Part shown: positions 1-22,777 of the stretch, one piece after another
Layout of the letters: each line of letters opens with the position of its first letter
Position numbering within the stretch: position 1 is the first letter of the stretch
Source: Salpingoeca rosetta
Lineage: Eukaryota > Protista > Choanoflagellata
Direction of reading: 5' to 3'
Assembly: GCA_033442325.1 (NCBI GenBank)
Contig: JAWQFM010000027.1
Coordinates: forward strand, 670,231-734,230
DNA length: 64,000 nt
Made by a program: the position numbers and the translations under genes
The notes under the pieces: model-generated
The model's input: the letters and a program-made list of their open reading frames with translations, nothing else
Databases searched by the model: none
Told to the model about the DNA's origin: nothing

Positions 1-58
1 AACGTGTGTACGTGCATGCGTGTGTGCTCTTCTATGTGTGTGTGCGTGTAATGCGCAG

Positions 59-278
59 AAACACGACTAGCGGCCAGACAACATGCACACCGCCATCTCA
101 CACGACCCCACCTCCACCTCCACCTCCACCAGCATGGACGTGTCAGAGCCGCAGTGCCAGGTGCAGGAGGGGGCCGTGCTTGCGTGCTTCAAGAGCAACC
201 CATCGCGCCCGCTCGACTGCGCTGAGGAGGTCAACCGTTTCCTCGCATGTGCCGAACGCGCGCGCGCTGTGAGTTGGC

Positions 279-348
<70 letters not shown>

Positions 349-459
349 CATCCGTGCACAACCCCTCTCTGCTGCAATCCTCACCCTTGCGCGTGCTTGT
401 GTCGTGTGTCTTGGCGGTGTTGTGTATTGCAGGCATACTTGGGCAACGTCTCACGCTAG
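59..459 (+). CDS. 3' part of a CHCH-domain protein, MICOS subunit MIC19/CHCHD3-like (5' exons outside window); exons 59-268 and 433-459
   Basis: Twin CX9C motif CQVQEGAVLAC-FKSNPSRPLD-CAEEVNRFLAC at the C-terminus resembles the Mic19/CHCHD3 CHCH domain. GT at 269, AG at 431-432, last exon AYLGNVSR*. Confidence 0.7.
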
Positions 460-786
460 ACAACTCAACTGAACTTCTGCATGTGTGTGTGCGTGTGCGT
501 GTGTTTGTGCATCTGCGACCCGTTGTTGGCCGTTTGCGTTGTTCACTTCTTCTTGTTGCGCTTGCGTGTCGTACGAGTTGTCTTCGAGGACCTGACCACG
601 CGCCTCTCGATCTTTGACCTGCCGAGGGGTGGCAATGTGCGTGCATGCAGGTGTGAGCGAGTGCGTGCGTGTGGTGCCAGCGGAGTGGCTGGAATGAAAC
701 AGAAGAAGTTGATACAATGAAAGAGTGCACATGTATACACCACTGCAAGACTGTCACTGCCAACAGCACAAATCGGAAACCACTGC

Positions 787-2050
787 TCAGAAGAGTTCAC
801 GTGTGTGGACGCACTGAATCTGCTCGGCGAGCATGAGCCCCTCAATCTCAATTTGGTCCATGCGGTGTAGGCAGGCCGTGCATGCGCTCACAAGCTTTGA
901 CTGCGCGTCAATCTGGGCCTGCAGCGTGGCAATGGACTGCTTCTGCTCCTGCAGATGTGCCATGGCTAGTGGCGCAATGCGTACGTGTGGAAGGGGCAAC
1001 AACGGCAAAAGGAAAGGCGTTTGTGTCAGCACGCAGCTGCCGGTGTTGCTGGTGTTGTTTTCTTGTTGAGTGATGGTGAGGCTGAGGTGTCGCTGTTGTA
1101 TGATAGGGTAGGATGTCCAACACAGTCATGCACAGCAACAACTTGAGGTCTGTTCGGTTGCACCAAGCAAACACCCGTTCACTCTTCCAAAGGCCACACC
1201 CCTGCAGCCACTTTAAGGTTTTCATAACACTCACCTCGGTTGTTTTGCAGCTCCTGTGCAAGCACCTGGCGGCGCCCTGCAATTATGTGGCAAGATGGAC
1301 AGAGACACGATGATGAGTGTTTGAGCTGGACCACTGAACATTGGCTGCACTACTGCAAGCACAACACAAAGAAGGCTGGAAGGAAAGGGGACGGATAGAG
1401 GCAGCCCAAAGACACATCACGCGCGGGACACTTAACAAGGCTGGACAATATGAGGATACTCCTTCTCAACCATGCACACTTGTCGAATGCATTCCCTTGC
1501 CTTCTCTTCTCTTCCCACCAAAATACACAAGTCAAGCACATATGTACACATGTACTGGACCTTACGTTCTTCGATGCGTTGGGCCAGAGACCGCTGCGTG
1601 ACCTTGAGCCGCTCCATCTCGCCCTCGAGGCTCTGCCGCTGTTGTGCACCCTGCAAGGACACATCGCTGCTGCTGCCCAGCTGCTGCTGTTGGCGCGAAG
1701 AAGCCCGCGAGGCATTGACGCCTCCATACATGACAGAGGGTCCTTGGCGAGGAGAGATGAATGAGTTTGGGGGGGGGGGGAGTAGTAGGATTTAAAGACA
1801 AGAAGGGGGATAGCGAGTGCGCAGGGTCACTTGATGGCACCAAAGTCGTACGTGTCTCTTGTGAGCGGGGCGGGGGGGGGGAGCTGATTGATATCCAGGC
1901 CTATCCGCCTGGGTGATAACGAACAAGGGCGTGAGAAGAGAGGAGGGAAGAAGGAAGAGAAGAGAGGGAAGAAAGAGAGAAGAGGAAGATAGGAGCACAC
2001 GTTGCGTTTGCACGAAACACGAAACCCTCTTCTTCCTCTTCTGCACATCA
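787..2050 (-). CDS. Multi-exon hypothetical coiled-coil protein (5' end uncertain)
   Basis: Splice-bounded heptad-like segments: QQRQSLEGEMERLKVTQRSLAQRIEERK (~1560-1740), RRQVLAQELQNNR (~1235-1277), EQKQSIATLQAQIDAQSKLVSAC...RELF* (787-948). Exon phases not fully resolved. Confidence 0.4.
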
Positions 2051-2080
2051 TCTTGTTCGCTGTGGTCTTGAATGGTTTGA

Positions 2081-2094
2081 TTTTCCCGCCAAAA
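2081..2094. promoter_or_regulatory. E2F-type site TTTTCCCGCCAAAA
   Basis: Matches the high-affinity E2F element (TTTTGGCGGGAAAA on minus), just upstream of the putative 5' end of the coiled-coil gene. Could instead be coding sequence. Confidence 0.3.
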
Positions 2095-2831
2095 TGGCCA
2101 TAGCAGCAGGTGTGTGTGTGCGTGTGTGTGTATTTACATTAGTGTGTGTGGAAGTGCGTGCGTGTGTGTATTTAGTGTGCCTGTGCGTGCGTGTGTGTGG
2201 AAGTGTGTGTGTGCGTGTGTGTGAAAGTGAATGAAAGTGTGGGAATGTCTAATCTTGCAGGGAAACGGAAGCGCATTTGGAGAGGCAGCTCAAGTCACAG
2301 AACAACCAGCAAGCAACAGCCAAGCAATGAGGTGCAAAAATGCATGCTCGAACGAAGACAATGGATGAGGCGGGGCAGGGACAAGAAAGGGCCAGGGAGC
2401 ACACGCGCACAAAAAAACACCAAATGCAAAAGGGTGAGGTGGAGATGGTTCAATTACAGAGGAGCGACAAGGGGCCAAGTGTTTCGTGGATAGAGAAGGC
2501 TTGATGATGGATGGCAGATGATGGACGTGGGGAAGGTGATGGGTTGCAGATGACAGAGAGGAAAAGAAGAGCAAAACGACGAAACACAAAAAGCAACAGG
2601 AACGCGGCGCCGTGGAGAGGGGAAGACTGTGTGCACACATCACGGTGACCAAGCCACTCTGCAACACACGTGCTCACATCATGAAGTGCATGTCAGCCTG
2701 CACATGCACACATGCACACGCGCACACGCATTCCCAGCGATACCAAGCACACCCATGCGTGCATAATGCACCACACCCACACTCACACTCACACGCGCGC
2801 TCACGCACGCATGCATGCACACGCCATGCGT

Positions 2832-3621
2832 TTAGGCGAGGAACCAGTAGACGAGAGATGAGCCGAGGCCGGTTGCAATTGGGATGTATGCGACAGCAGT
2901 CATGCAGTGGTAGATTGGTTTGCGGATCCAGTGGCGATAGCGGATAAACGGAATCAACTGCATCACCTGTCGTGGTGCCGTGCGAGTGCGAGCGTGTTGT
3001 GTGCGTGAGTATTCGTTTGGCTGTGTGTGTGTGTGCATGGCTAACAAAGACGGGCAGACAGAGACAGAGACAGAGAGACGGAGAGACAGGGGGACAAGAC
3101 AGAGAGACAGCCAAACAGGTGGCTGCTACCTTCTGCATGAGGAGGGCTGCGAGGACGGTGGAGGAGACGAGCGTTGTCTGCAGCTGATACTCGGGCCGGA
3201 TCACGTCAAACAGGCAGATGAACCGCGACTCGTCTGGGAGAACGCGTTTGTGGTGTATGTGTGTGTGTGTGTGGTGGAGTGTGAGGTAGATGCGTTTGGT
3301 TGGAAAATAATGAGCGACAAGGACACAAGTACACACACGCATGCACACATAGACATACACAGACACACAGGCACACAGACACACACAGACACACACATGC
3401 ACACATAAACATACACAGATGTACACAGTCATATGTACCTCTATACGTACCGGACTGGTTGAAGGCAGAGTGGCGCTGTGCATCGCAGAACATGAGGATC
3501 TTGCCCTCGTGCCAACTGCGGGACTCGCCGCCAACCTTTGTCGGAGAGGGAGGAGGCACAGGGGTTGAGGATGACCCAAAACAACAGAAAGCGCTTTGTG
3601 GTTCACACTCACTCACTCACT

Positions 3622-3663
<42 letters not shown>

Positions 3664-4016
3664 CACACTCATACATACATGCATACATACACACACTCAT
3701 ACATACATGCATACAAACACACACACACACAGTTAGACACACAACACGTTGATCGCAAGCGACTCACGGTGAAGCCTGCTGTTGGGAGCTGTGCGGGGAT
3801 CTTGATGCCAAGGTGGCAGCGCATGTGTGCATTCGTATCGCCGTTGTGGGGGTTGATCACGCTCTCTGGTTGTGGAAGACGTTGGAGGGTCGCGGTTGGT
3901 GTGTGGAAATGGAGGCAAGAGGAGGGCATGCAGTCGAATTCCAGCAGAACAAGGACCGGGGCCGAGTGAGATCGAGGGAAATGGTCCCAGTTATCGAGGC
4001 AGACAGGGGGCACACG

Positions 4017-4060
<44 letters not shown>

Positions 4061-5081
4061 CACGCAGACAGACACACACGCACACACACACACGCACACA
4101 CGCAGACAGATCACGCACTGGCTTGGAGTTGGCTGAAGGAGACGCTGATGAGCCCGGGGACGTTCTTGAAGAGGGCCATTGTCTTTGGAAACTCAGCCTG
4201 GTTCTTGTGGTTGTCCACACCCCAGAATTTGAGGCCTGATGGGTTGGTCACGTGTGGCCATAGCAGTTGATGGAGACGAAACACGCGCAGCGCAAAGGGA
4301 AATGAGAAGTAGTGCACACAAAACGGTGCATGAGGGTGAGCAGATGGTGAGTCAGGCACTGATGGGCAGGCAGGCAGCAAGTGTAGGAGGGTAAGCGTAG
4401 GTACAGAAGCGTAGGTACGGAAGCGTAGGTACGGAAGCACACCCAAGCACGCACACACATGCACACACGCACACACACAGTCACACGCACACACACATAC
4501 ACACGTACACAGACACAGACACACACACGCATACACACAGACACAGACACAGACACAGACACAGACACAGACACACACACACACACACGCGATCCCACTG
4601 ACCGATGACACGCCAGCATGCTGGGGCAGAGACAAGGTCTGGGTTGAAGTAGGGCTGCAGCGTGTGGTTGTGTCGCTCCAGGTACTCGTACAGCTCATCC
4701 CGGACAATCTGTGCGCGCGGTTGGATGGGACGCATTGTGCATGAGCTGCGCACCACACACGGTGTCATGGGCACGACACGACAGATTGGCATGGAGCAGC
4801 GTGTGTCCTCACCGTCCAGTTGTCCTCAAGAATCTTCACCCAGTCAAACTGCTCCGGCTTGAAGAAGTAGGGATCAATCTGCAGTGCATGCATGCGTGTG
4901 TGTGTGAGAGTGTGCATGATGCACATGTTGGGTGTGCATCATGTATGGGGGAAGCAAACGCACACGCGAGCTTGTGCAATCGAGCCATGTGCAAGCACAC
5001 ACTGCCAGAGGGAGGGGGGAAGAGACAGGCTCATAGCTGCAGCAAGCACACCCACACCCACACACCCACACCCACACACAC

Positions 5082-5132
<51 letters not shown>

Positions 5133-5296
5133 GACACACACACACATGGACAGTTGGTTACCTCTGGGTTGCAGTGGAAGTCGCCCATGTATCTGCCAAA
5201 GGCATACCAGGGACGGGGGTGCGGAGGCGAGAAGATGGACACAACCACGTTCAGTGCCTCGGCAAGCGCCGTCGAGAGAGCCACAACACCAGCCAT
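2832..5296 (-). CDS. Aspartyl/asparaginyl beta-hydroxylase family Fe(II)/2OG dioxygenase (LpxO/ASPHD-like), 8 exons
   Basis: Exons splice in phase: ...IDPYFFKPEQFDWVKILEDNWT|IVRDELYEYL...|GLKFWG...FPKTMALFKNVPGLISVSFSQLQA|KSVINPHNGDTNAHMRCHLGIKIP...GFT|VGGESRSWHEGKILMFCDAQRHSAFNQS|DESRFICLFDVIRPEY...|...WFLA*. The PH-x-G, R-x-HLG, W-x-EG, D...H-x-A-x-N and R...D motifs are typical of the family. Confidence 0.9.
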
Positions 5297-5538
5297 GATG
5301 ATGGTGACAACGAGGGAGGATGCGTTTGCGTGTCTTGTGCAGCGAGCGCGTGCGTGAGTTGTGTGTGCGTGAGTTGTGTGTGCGTGGGTCGTGTGTGCGT
5401 CGTGGGAACAAGGACAACACAGTTGGGGGGAGGTGATGCAAGCGACTTGTCGCTGTTGTCGTGTGAATTTTGCCAGCACAGACAGACACACACACTACTT
5501 TGCGATTGATTGGCAGTTGTGGTGGTTGTGGCGTTGTG

Positions 5539-5913
5539 ATGATGATGCCTGGCGGGCGTGGGCGAGGTCTCCGGCTGCTGGTGTTGCTGCTTGGTGTAGC
5601 AGCGGTCTGCGTTCATGCCAGTGCACCAGCACCAGCACCAGTACCAGCACCAGCACCAGCACCAGCACCAGCACCAGCAAGCAGCAAGCACAACCATGAG
5701 GTGCGTGTGTGTGCGTGCGTGTGTGTGTGTGTGTTCGGATGGGTCATGTGCTTGATGCGTTGAGCTTCATCTCCTCTCAGTCTCTCCTTCGCTCTCTCTC
5801 TCTCTCTCTCGCACCTGTTGATCGTCCTCGTGGTCCCAGTACTGCAGCTGTCGCGATGCCAACAGCACCGATGCGTCTCACTGTGTGCCTGTGGCTCACC
5901 CCTCCAACACACA

Positions 5914-5970
<57 letters not shown>

Positions 5971-8900
5971 GCACGCGCACGCGCACGCGCACATTGCAGG
6001 CTGGCACGTTGTGCACGGACGTCGGCATGACTCTGAGGCGTCTCACAACGACGTTGCAAGCATTCGGCGTTCCAGTGACACCATCATCTGAACACCGCTT
6101 CCGCTCACGCACGCAGCAGAGCCAGCACGGCAACTTCACGCCTGCCGCAGCAAGCACTGCGAGGACGACACGTGCCCGTGCCCATGTCGCAATCGACCTA
6201 TCATCGATCCAACGCATGATGAGCGCCTTTGGCTGTGCCCCAACGAACGGCCCCAGTGAGGACAAAGGATGGCAGCAGCAGCACCACCACCACAACCAGC
6301 AGCAGCCAACGCCAAGCGCACACAATCAGGAGGCATTTCCACAGACCCCACCTGCACCAGCACATAAAGGGATTGATGGAAACAGCAGTGGCAATAACTT
6401 CCACCTCAGCCCTTCTCGACACCATCAACAACAGCAGCAGCAGCAGCAACAGCAGCACACGCGTGTGCGGCGAAGCGACGAGCCCACCGTGCAGGCGGGC
6501 CAGTGCACGCTGGCGAGCGTGATTGACGGGTCGTGCCCTGGTGCCGACGCTGGGGGCCGACTCACCATCACCTTGGCTGAGGGCGACGCGGTGGACGACA
6601 GCACCGATGCAAGCACGCTGCACGCCATCTCCCCACCTGTCCATGAGCTGACGGTGATCGGCCACGTTGAAGAAGAGCCCCTGCAATGGCTTGTCAACAG
6701 CAACTGGACATTCTGCACGGTGATCACGGTTGAGGGCGTGCGCTTCCCCACCTTTCGACTGAGCATCCTTAACCCGTTGATGAACATCCACACCGTCACC
6801 ATCCAGGACAGCGAGCTGCTCCGCGCTGTTGACGCTCGCAGCTTCCAACACACGGCGGCGCTGGTCACGTTTCGCGTGATCCACTGCTCACTGACATCTG
6901 TCCCTGATGTCTCCGGCATGGCCACGCTGAGGATCCTCAACTTGCAAGGAAACCGCGTTCGCCGCGTGGGCAAGAGCGACCTACAAGGCACGCCGCAGCT
7001 GCAGCAGCTGGCCTTGAGCGAGAATGTCATTTCCAAGGTCGAACTTGGGGCATTGGATGGTCTCAGCCAGCTGCAGACGTTGATCCTCGCTGCAAACAAC
7101 ATCACCAGCACCGCTGGACTCTTCCGCTCCCTACCCCGCCTCGGCATCCTCCAGCTGGCACAGAATCCAATCACACGGCTTGAAGCTGATGTGTTCCACG
7201 CGCTGACTCGACTGACCAGTCTCTCTATCGAGTACACGCGCCTGACCAGCTTGCCGCCGACGCTGCTGGCAAAGGCAACTCGCCTCGTCCGCCTCTTCCT
7301 GACACACAACTTCATCACGTCTCTTCCAGACACCATCTTCTCGAGCCTGTCATCGCTAAATGAGCTGCACCTCTTCAGCAACAGACTCACATCCCTGCCA
7401 CCGCGCGTATTCAAAGACTTGACGGCGATGACACGCCTCGACTTGCTGAACAACGACATTTCTGCTCTGCCCGTTGGCATTCTCGACACGTGCACGCGTC
7501 TGCTCTTCTTCCAGTGCAACAGCAACCGCCTCACTGCGCTCCCTCCAAACCTGTTTGCCAACGCCCCCAAACTGCAGCAAATCTCCTTTGCCAACAATGC
7601 CATTCGCACCGTCAACAACGCCCTTGGGCTCGCCGCCCTCACGGCGCTGCGCCTGATCAACCTGGACCACAACCAGTTGACGGACCTGCACCTTGGAGCA
7701 ATGCTTCCCAGCGCTGTGCTGCTGAGTTTGGACAACAACCCAATGCGCGCTGTGCCAGACCTGAGCATGACTCCTGCACTGGAGACGTTTCGCATGAGGA
7801 ACCATCGCATCACGCACATCGACCTGGCACCGCTCCTCGCTCTGCCCCGTTTGGGCGTTCTGGAGATTGGCGCTTCCCTGCAGGCACAGGCTAAAGCGGT
7901 GTTGCCGGCCAACAGCAACATTGCCAACGTTGCGCCCCTTTCCACCCTTGGCCTGGAGAATGTGGACATCAGCGCCATCGTTTCGTCACTTGGGCAATTG
8001 GCATCGCTGAGCCTAGATGCCCTGCACGCGGGCTGGCCCGGCGCCACCAGCGACACGCTTCCCATGAGTGCCCTGTGCGCCGTGCTTGCAAGCAACGTGC
8101 GGGAGCTCCGTATCGCCAACACGGACCTCAGCACGATTGACCTGTGCCCTGACAAGGCATTTGACGTGCTTCTTCTCACGGACAACAGGCATCTCGAATC
8201 CGTTACGGTTCACGACCCACTGCGTGAGCTCAACGTGTCAGGCTGCACTCGATTGACCTCCATCGACGCACCTCCCATCGACATTCTCGACATCAGCAGC
8301 ACCAACTTGCCGCTTACGGGTGCACTGTGCACGCGGTGGGGGCGACGTGTTCTCTTCGCCCGCAACTTGGGCGGAGTCGTCGACATTCGCGATGCCATCC
8401 TGAGCATGCGCAACTGTCTTGAGCATGTGGACGTGTTGGATTTCTCGGGCAACGCGTGGGTCAGCGACGTGGACGAGATGAACCGCATCACAGAGCGAAC
8501 AATTGCGCTGTCGACGAGCGAATTTGCAACTGCGGACTTTGGTGAGATTGCCAATCGGCCCATGCCTCCGATTCTCCAGCTGACGGATGCCCCCATTGAA
8601 TGCGCGCTTGAACTGTCAAATCAGGACTTGCGGCCATTGCGCAATCCGATTGTTGTCTCTGCGGAGCTGGTGTTTTCGTTTCATTGCACGTGCGCCCGTG
8701 GCTTTCGGATGACGTCGGGTGGGCGGTGCGTGTTCAACGAGCCCAACATCTCCACGATTGTTGCCGCGTCTGTCATATCTGGCCTGGCATTTGGCCTGCT
8801 CATGGCGTGGCTGTCACGCCGCTACCGTGGGCTCACCAAGCGCATCGGCCTACAGGAGCAGCTGCTGGTGGAGAGGGACGAGGAGGTGATGGCGCTGAAG

Positions 8901-10031
8901 AAGGCGTGGGAGATTGAGTACGATGAGCTGAGGCTTGTTGAGCGTGTGGCTGCAGGTGCGTTTGGCGTGGTGTTCAAGGCAGAGTGGGACACAGTCACAG
9001 TGGCAGTGAAGGTGCTGCAGCAAAGTGTGATGATGTTTGACGAGAGCACGGTGCAGGAGTTTGAGAAGGAGGTGGAGTTCCTGCAGCGGACACGGCACCC
9101 GAATGTGGTGCGGTTCTTTGGCGCGGGCACAGACCCCAACGGCAGCCCGTTCCTGGTGCTGGAGTTTGTGGCCATGGGGTCGCTCAAGGACTTGTTGGGC
9201 AAGGACATGGAGGAAGTGTTGATGGAAGTGAGGAGCAGGAAGGTCGAGGAAAGCAGCAACGGCAGTGTCAGGGATGATGTGAATCGTGTGTGGGAACTGA
9301 AGCTGCGACTGCTGCGGGATGTTGCCAGTGGCATGGCCTTCATCCACAGTCTGGACCAGATGCACCGGTGCGTTTGTGTGTGTGTGTGTGTGTGTGTGTA
9401 GGTGTGCGTGTGTGTTGCGTATGTTGTGTGTGTTTGTGTTTGTGTGTGTGCGCGTGTGCGCGCATGTGTGTGTGTGCGTGTTTGTGTGTGTTTGCATGCA
9501 TGCAGGCACGTGCTCTCGCTCATCGCCCATCCTAGCCTCATCCCTCTCATCAACACCACCCAAACAGAGACCTGAAGAGCGGAAACGTGCTGGTGTCATC
9601 GTCGCTTCGCGCCAAGATTACGGATTTCGGATCCATTCGCCAGTGCTTCACGCGTGGTGGCAGGGCCCACGGCAGCCGCTACACTCGCCTCTCCTCCAGC
9701 CATGATGTTGATGACCCCCAATACTCGCAGCAGGCTGGGCTGCAGACAATGACGAGCATGACGCTGACGGCTGGTGTGGGCACACCGCTGTACATGGCAC
9801 CAGAAGCATTGACGGGCGACAAGTACAGCTTCGAGGCCGACATCTTCAGCTTTGGCGTGCTGATGTGGGAGGTGGCAACGCAGCGTGTGCCGGACTTGCT
9901 CGAACAAGAGAAGGGGAGCGACTTTCGCGGTCCCATGCTGGCGACGCTCAGCAACTTGCTGCAGGATGGGAAACGCTTGCGATTTGATGACAGCGAACAA
10001 GATGGTGAGAAGCTTCTGGTGTGTGCGTGTG

Positions 10032-10067
<36 letters not shown>

Positions 10068-10283
10068 TGCATGTGTGCGCGTTTAGATTGCGAGACCACG
10101 TGTCTATCTCTCTCTCTCTCTCTCTCTCTCCGTCTCTGTCTCACACACAAAAACACGCATACCACCACACACTTTCCGATAGCCATCCCCGAGTGGTTCC
10201 AGTCGCTGACGTACAAGTGCATGGCGCAGAACCCGCGTGCGCGCCCGTCGTTTGGGGAGCTCAAGGACCACCACTTTGCATAG
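5539..10283 (+). CDS. LRR receptor kinase 1: signal peptide, prodomain, LRRs, Cys/EGF-like cap, TM, TKL-group kinase; exons 5539-5700, 6000-9367, 9568-10004, 10183-10283
   Basis: Signal peptide LRLLVLLLGVAAVCVHA. Many LxxLxLxxNxLxxLP repeats. TM IVAASVISGLAFGLLMAWL. Kinase motifs [20 protein letters not shown] (across intron), [22 protein letters not shown]. All junctions are GT-AG and in phase. Confidence 0.93.
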
Positions 10284-10650
10284 GAACCGTGTTTGTGGGG
10301 CTTGTTGTGATCACGTCTTGCTATTGTGTGTGTGTGTGCATGTGTGTGTGTGTGTGTGTGTGTGTGCATGCGCGCGTGCGTGCGTGTATGTGCGAATGTC
10401 TTAGATTCGTTTGTGTTTTGTCTTAGCATGTCCGCGGATGTACCGTTTTGTTTGTTCATCGACTCTTTCGTGATAGGTCCAAGCGATGTGATACGAGACA
10501 GTCATAAAGGGAACATGAAGGACCCCTTGCCTGAAAGCACAGCGAGTCACACACACACACAGACACACACACACACACAGACAGACACACAGACACACAG
10601 ACACACAGACACACACACACACACACACACATACATGCCAAGCGCGGCTT

Positions 10651-10814
10651 CTATTGCTTCTTTGCGTACTTCTTAACGTGCTTGTCGTAATCGCGTTTGG
10701 TGAGTTCATACCCCCAATGCAACAGCGTCTGACGCACGACGGGGCTCACGCGCGTGTCGTCAAATCTCCCCGATGCGCGCATGATCTTGTTGCACAGATT
10801 GATGCGCCACCGCC
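10651..10814 (-). pseudogene. Orphan terminal exon of a conserved uncharacterised family (recalled as zgc:113208/PTHR37948-like)
   Basis: After CAG at 10815-10817: GRWRINLCNKIMRASGRFDDTRVSPVVRQTLLHWGYELTKRDYDKHVKKYAKKQ*. The GRW...DD..VSP..RQTL.HWGYEL motif is recognisable, but no upstream exons of the family are visible. Confidence 0.55.
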
Positions 10815-10838
10815 CTGTCGATGTGTGTGTGTGTGTTT

Positions 10839-10904
<66 letters not shown>

Positions 10905-11073
10905 ACATGCACGCGCGCTCACTCTCTCTCTCGAATGTCAACCAACCATCTGTTACATGACATGGCCACATCGCCCACTGCGTCTTTGCGTCTCATGTGT
11001 ACTCCACCTCAAACGCACGCCATGTCGTCAACGCGACACAAACGAAACAAGCATCAGCAGGCACGCAAACGCA

Positions 11074-21691
<10,618 letters not shown>

Positions 21692-22391
21692 GCACGCAAG
21701 CAGGTGCAATATTGCTGCTCTTCTTTCTTGGTTGGATGTGCTTAACTTGAGGTGGGGGCGTGCGGTGGGTAAGGGTGGGGATTGATTTGATTGGTTAGGT
21801 TCGAACCAAAGAGAGAGCTGGTGGGAAAGCTGTATGAGCGTGGGAGAGATGGGGGGGGGAGAGAGAGGAGAGAATGGCGTTGTGGGCAGCGTTGTGTTGT
21901 GGGGCTGCCCCACAACGGCCACCTAAACCATGATGTGTTTACAACGCTGTTGCCAATGCGTCGTTTGAAAACAGAACACAGCTTTGTTGTGTGTGTGCGG
22001 CCTGGGCCTTGCGTTCGTGGGTGCACGAATCTGAGGAGAATCTGCTGCTTCTCATCATCAATGATTGTCTGATGTCAGCGGCAGTGGCAGCAGCGACTTT
22101 TGATGTCGCAAGGGCGTTTTATCCGCAAACTTTCTTCTTGGCGGCTTCTTGGGGCAACCAAATTTCTGTCTGTCTGGAAGGGAAAAACAAACAAACGCTT
22201 TCTCTGTTCTCTGTTGAAGAAGATACACACACACGCGCGCACACGCACACGCACACACAGCACACACCTAGACACCGAGCACCTACACACACTTCTTGAG
22301 TGACCTGACACCAGTCGAGGAACCCGGTGGGCCTCAACAAGTCAACAACAAAGTGACGACGTGACGACAACCTCATACGACTGCTGTTGCC

Positions 22392-22741
22392 ATGACCGTC
22401 TTCTCTCTGGCCTTGATCGTTTTGGTGGCGTCAGCGTCAGGGATCCTCGACAGCACCTTGGCACTCGACGTCGGCGAAGAGGTCGAGTGCAGTCTTGAAG
22501 CGAGTAGTTGTCTTGTGGTGTAGTGGTGGTTATGTTACTTGGTTGCACTTAGACTTGTGTTTGTTTGTTTGTGTGCTTGTCTGCTGTGTTTTGGTGCGTT
22601 TCGTTTCCTGTTCAACTTGTTGAGCCATTATTCTATTCTATTATTCCAGCGTGCTGTAGCGTGCATCTGCATGCAAAGCTGTCAGTGACGCACACACTCC
22701 TGCAGACACACACACCCTCCTACCCTCACACACACTCACAC

Positions 22742-22777
<36 letters not shown>

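Noticed and set aside
4393-4438. Three tandem 14-mers aagcgtaggtac(a/g)g
   Set aside because: Intronic minisatellite with no spacers; not CRISPR-like.
6425-8185. 586-aa antisense ORF over receptor 1
   Set aside because: Shadow of GC-rich codon usage. It is broken into pieces in the paralogue and has no motifs.
8660-8735. Receptor EGF-like cap as a substrate of the adjacent beta-hydroxylase
   Set aside because: It lacks the C-x-[DN]-x4-[FY]-x-C-x-C hydroxylation consensus.
21790-21812. GGTTCGAACC resembling a tRNA T-loop
   Set aside because: No cloverleaf or A-box around it.
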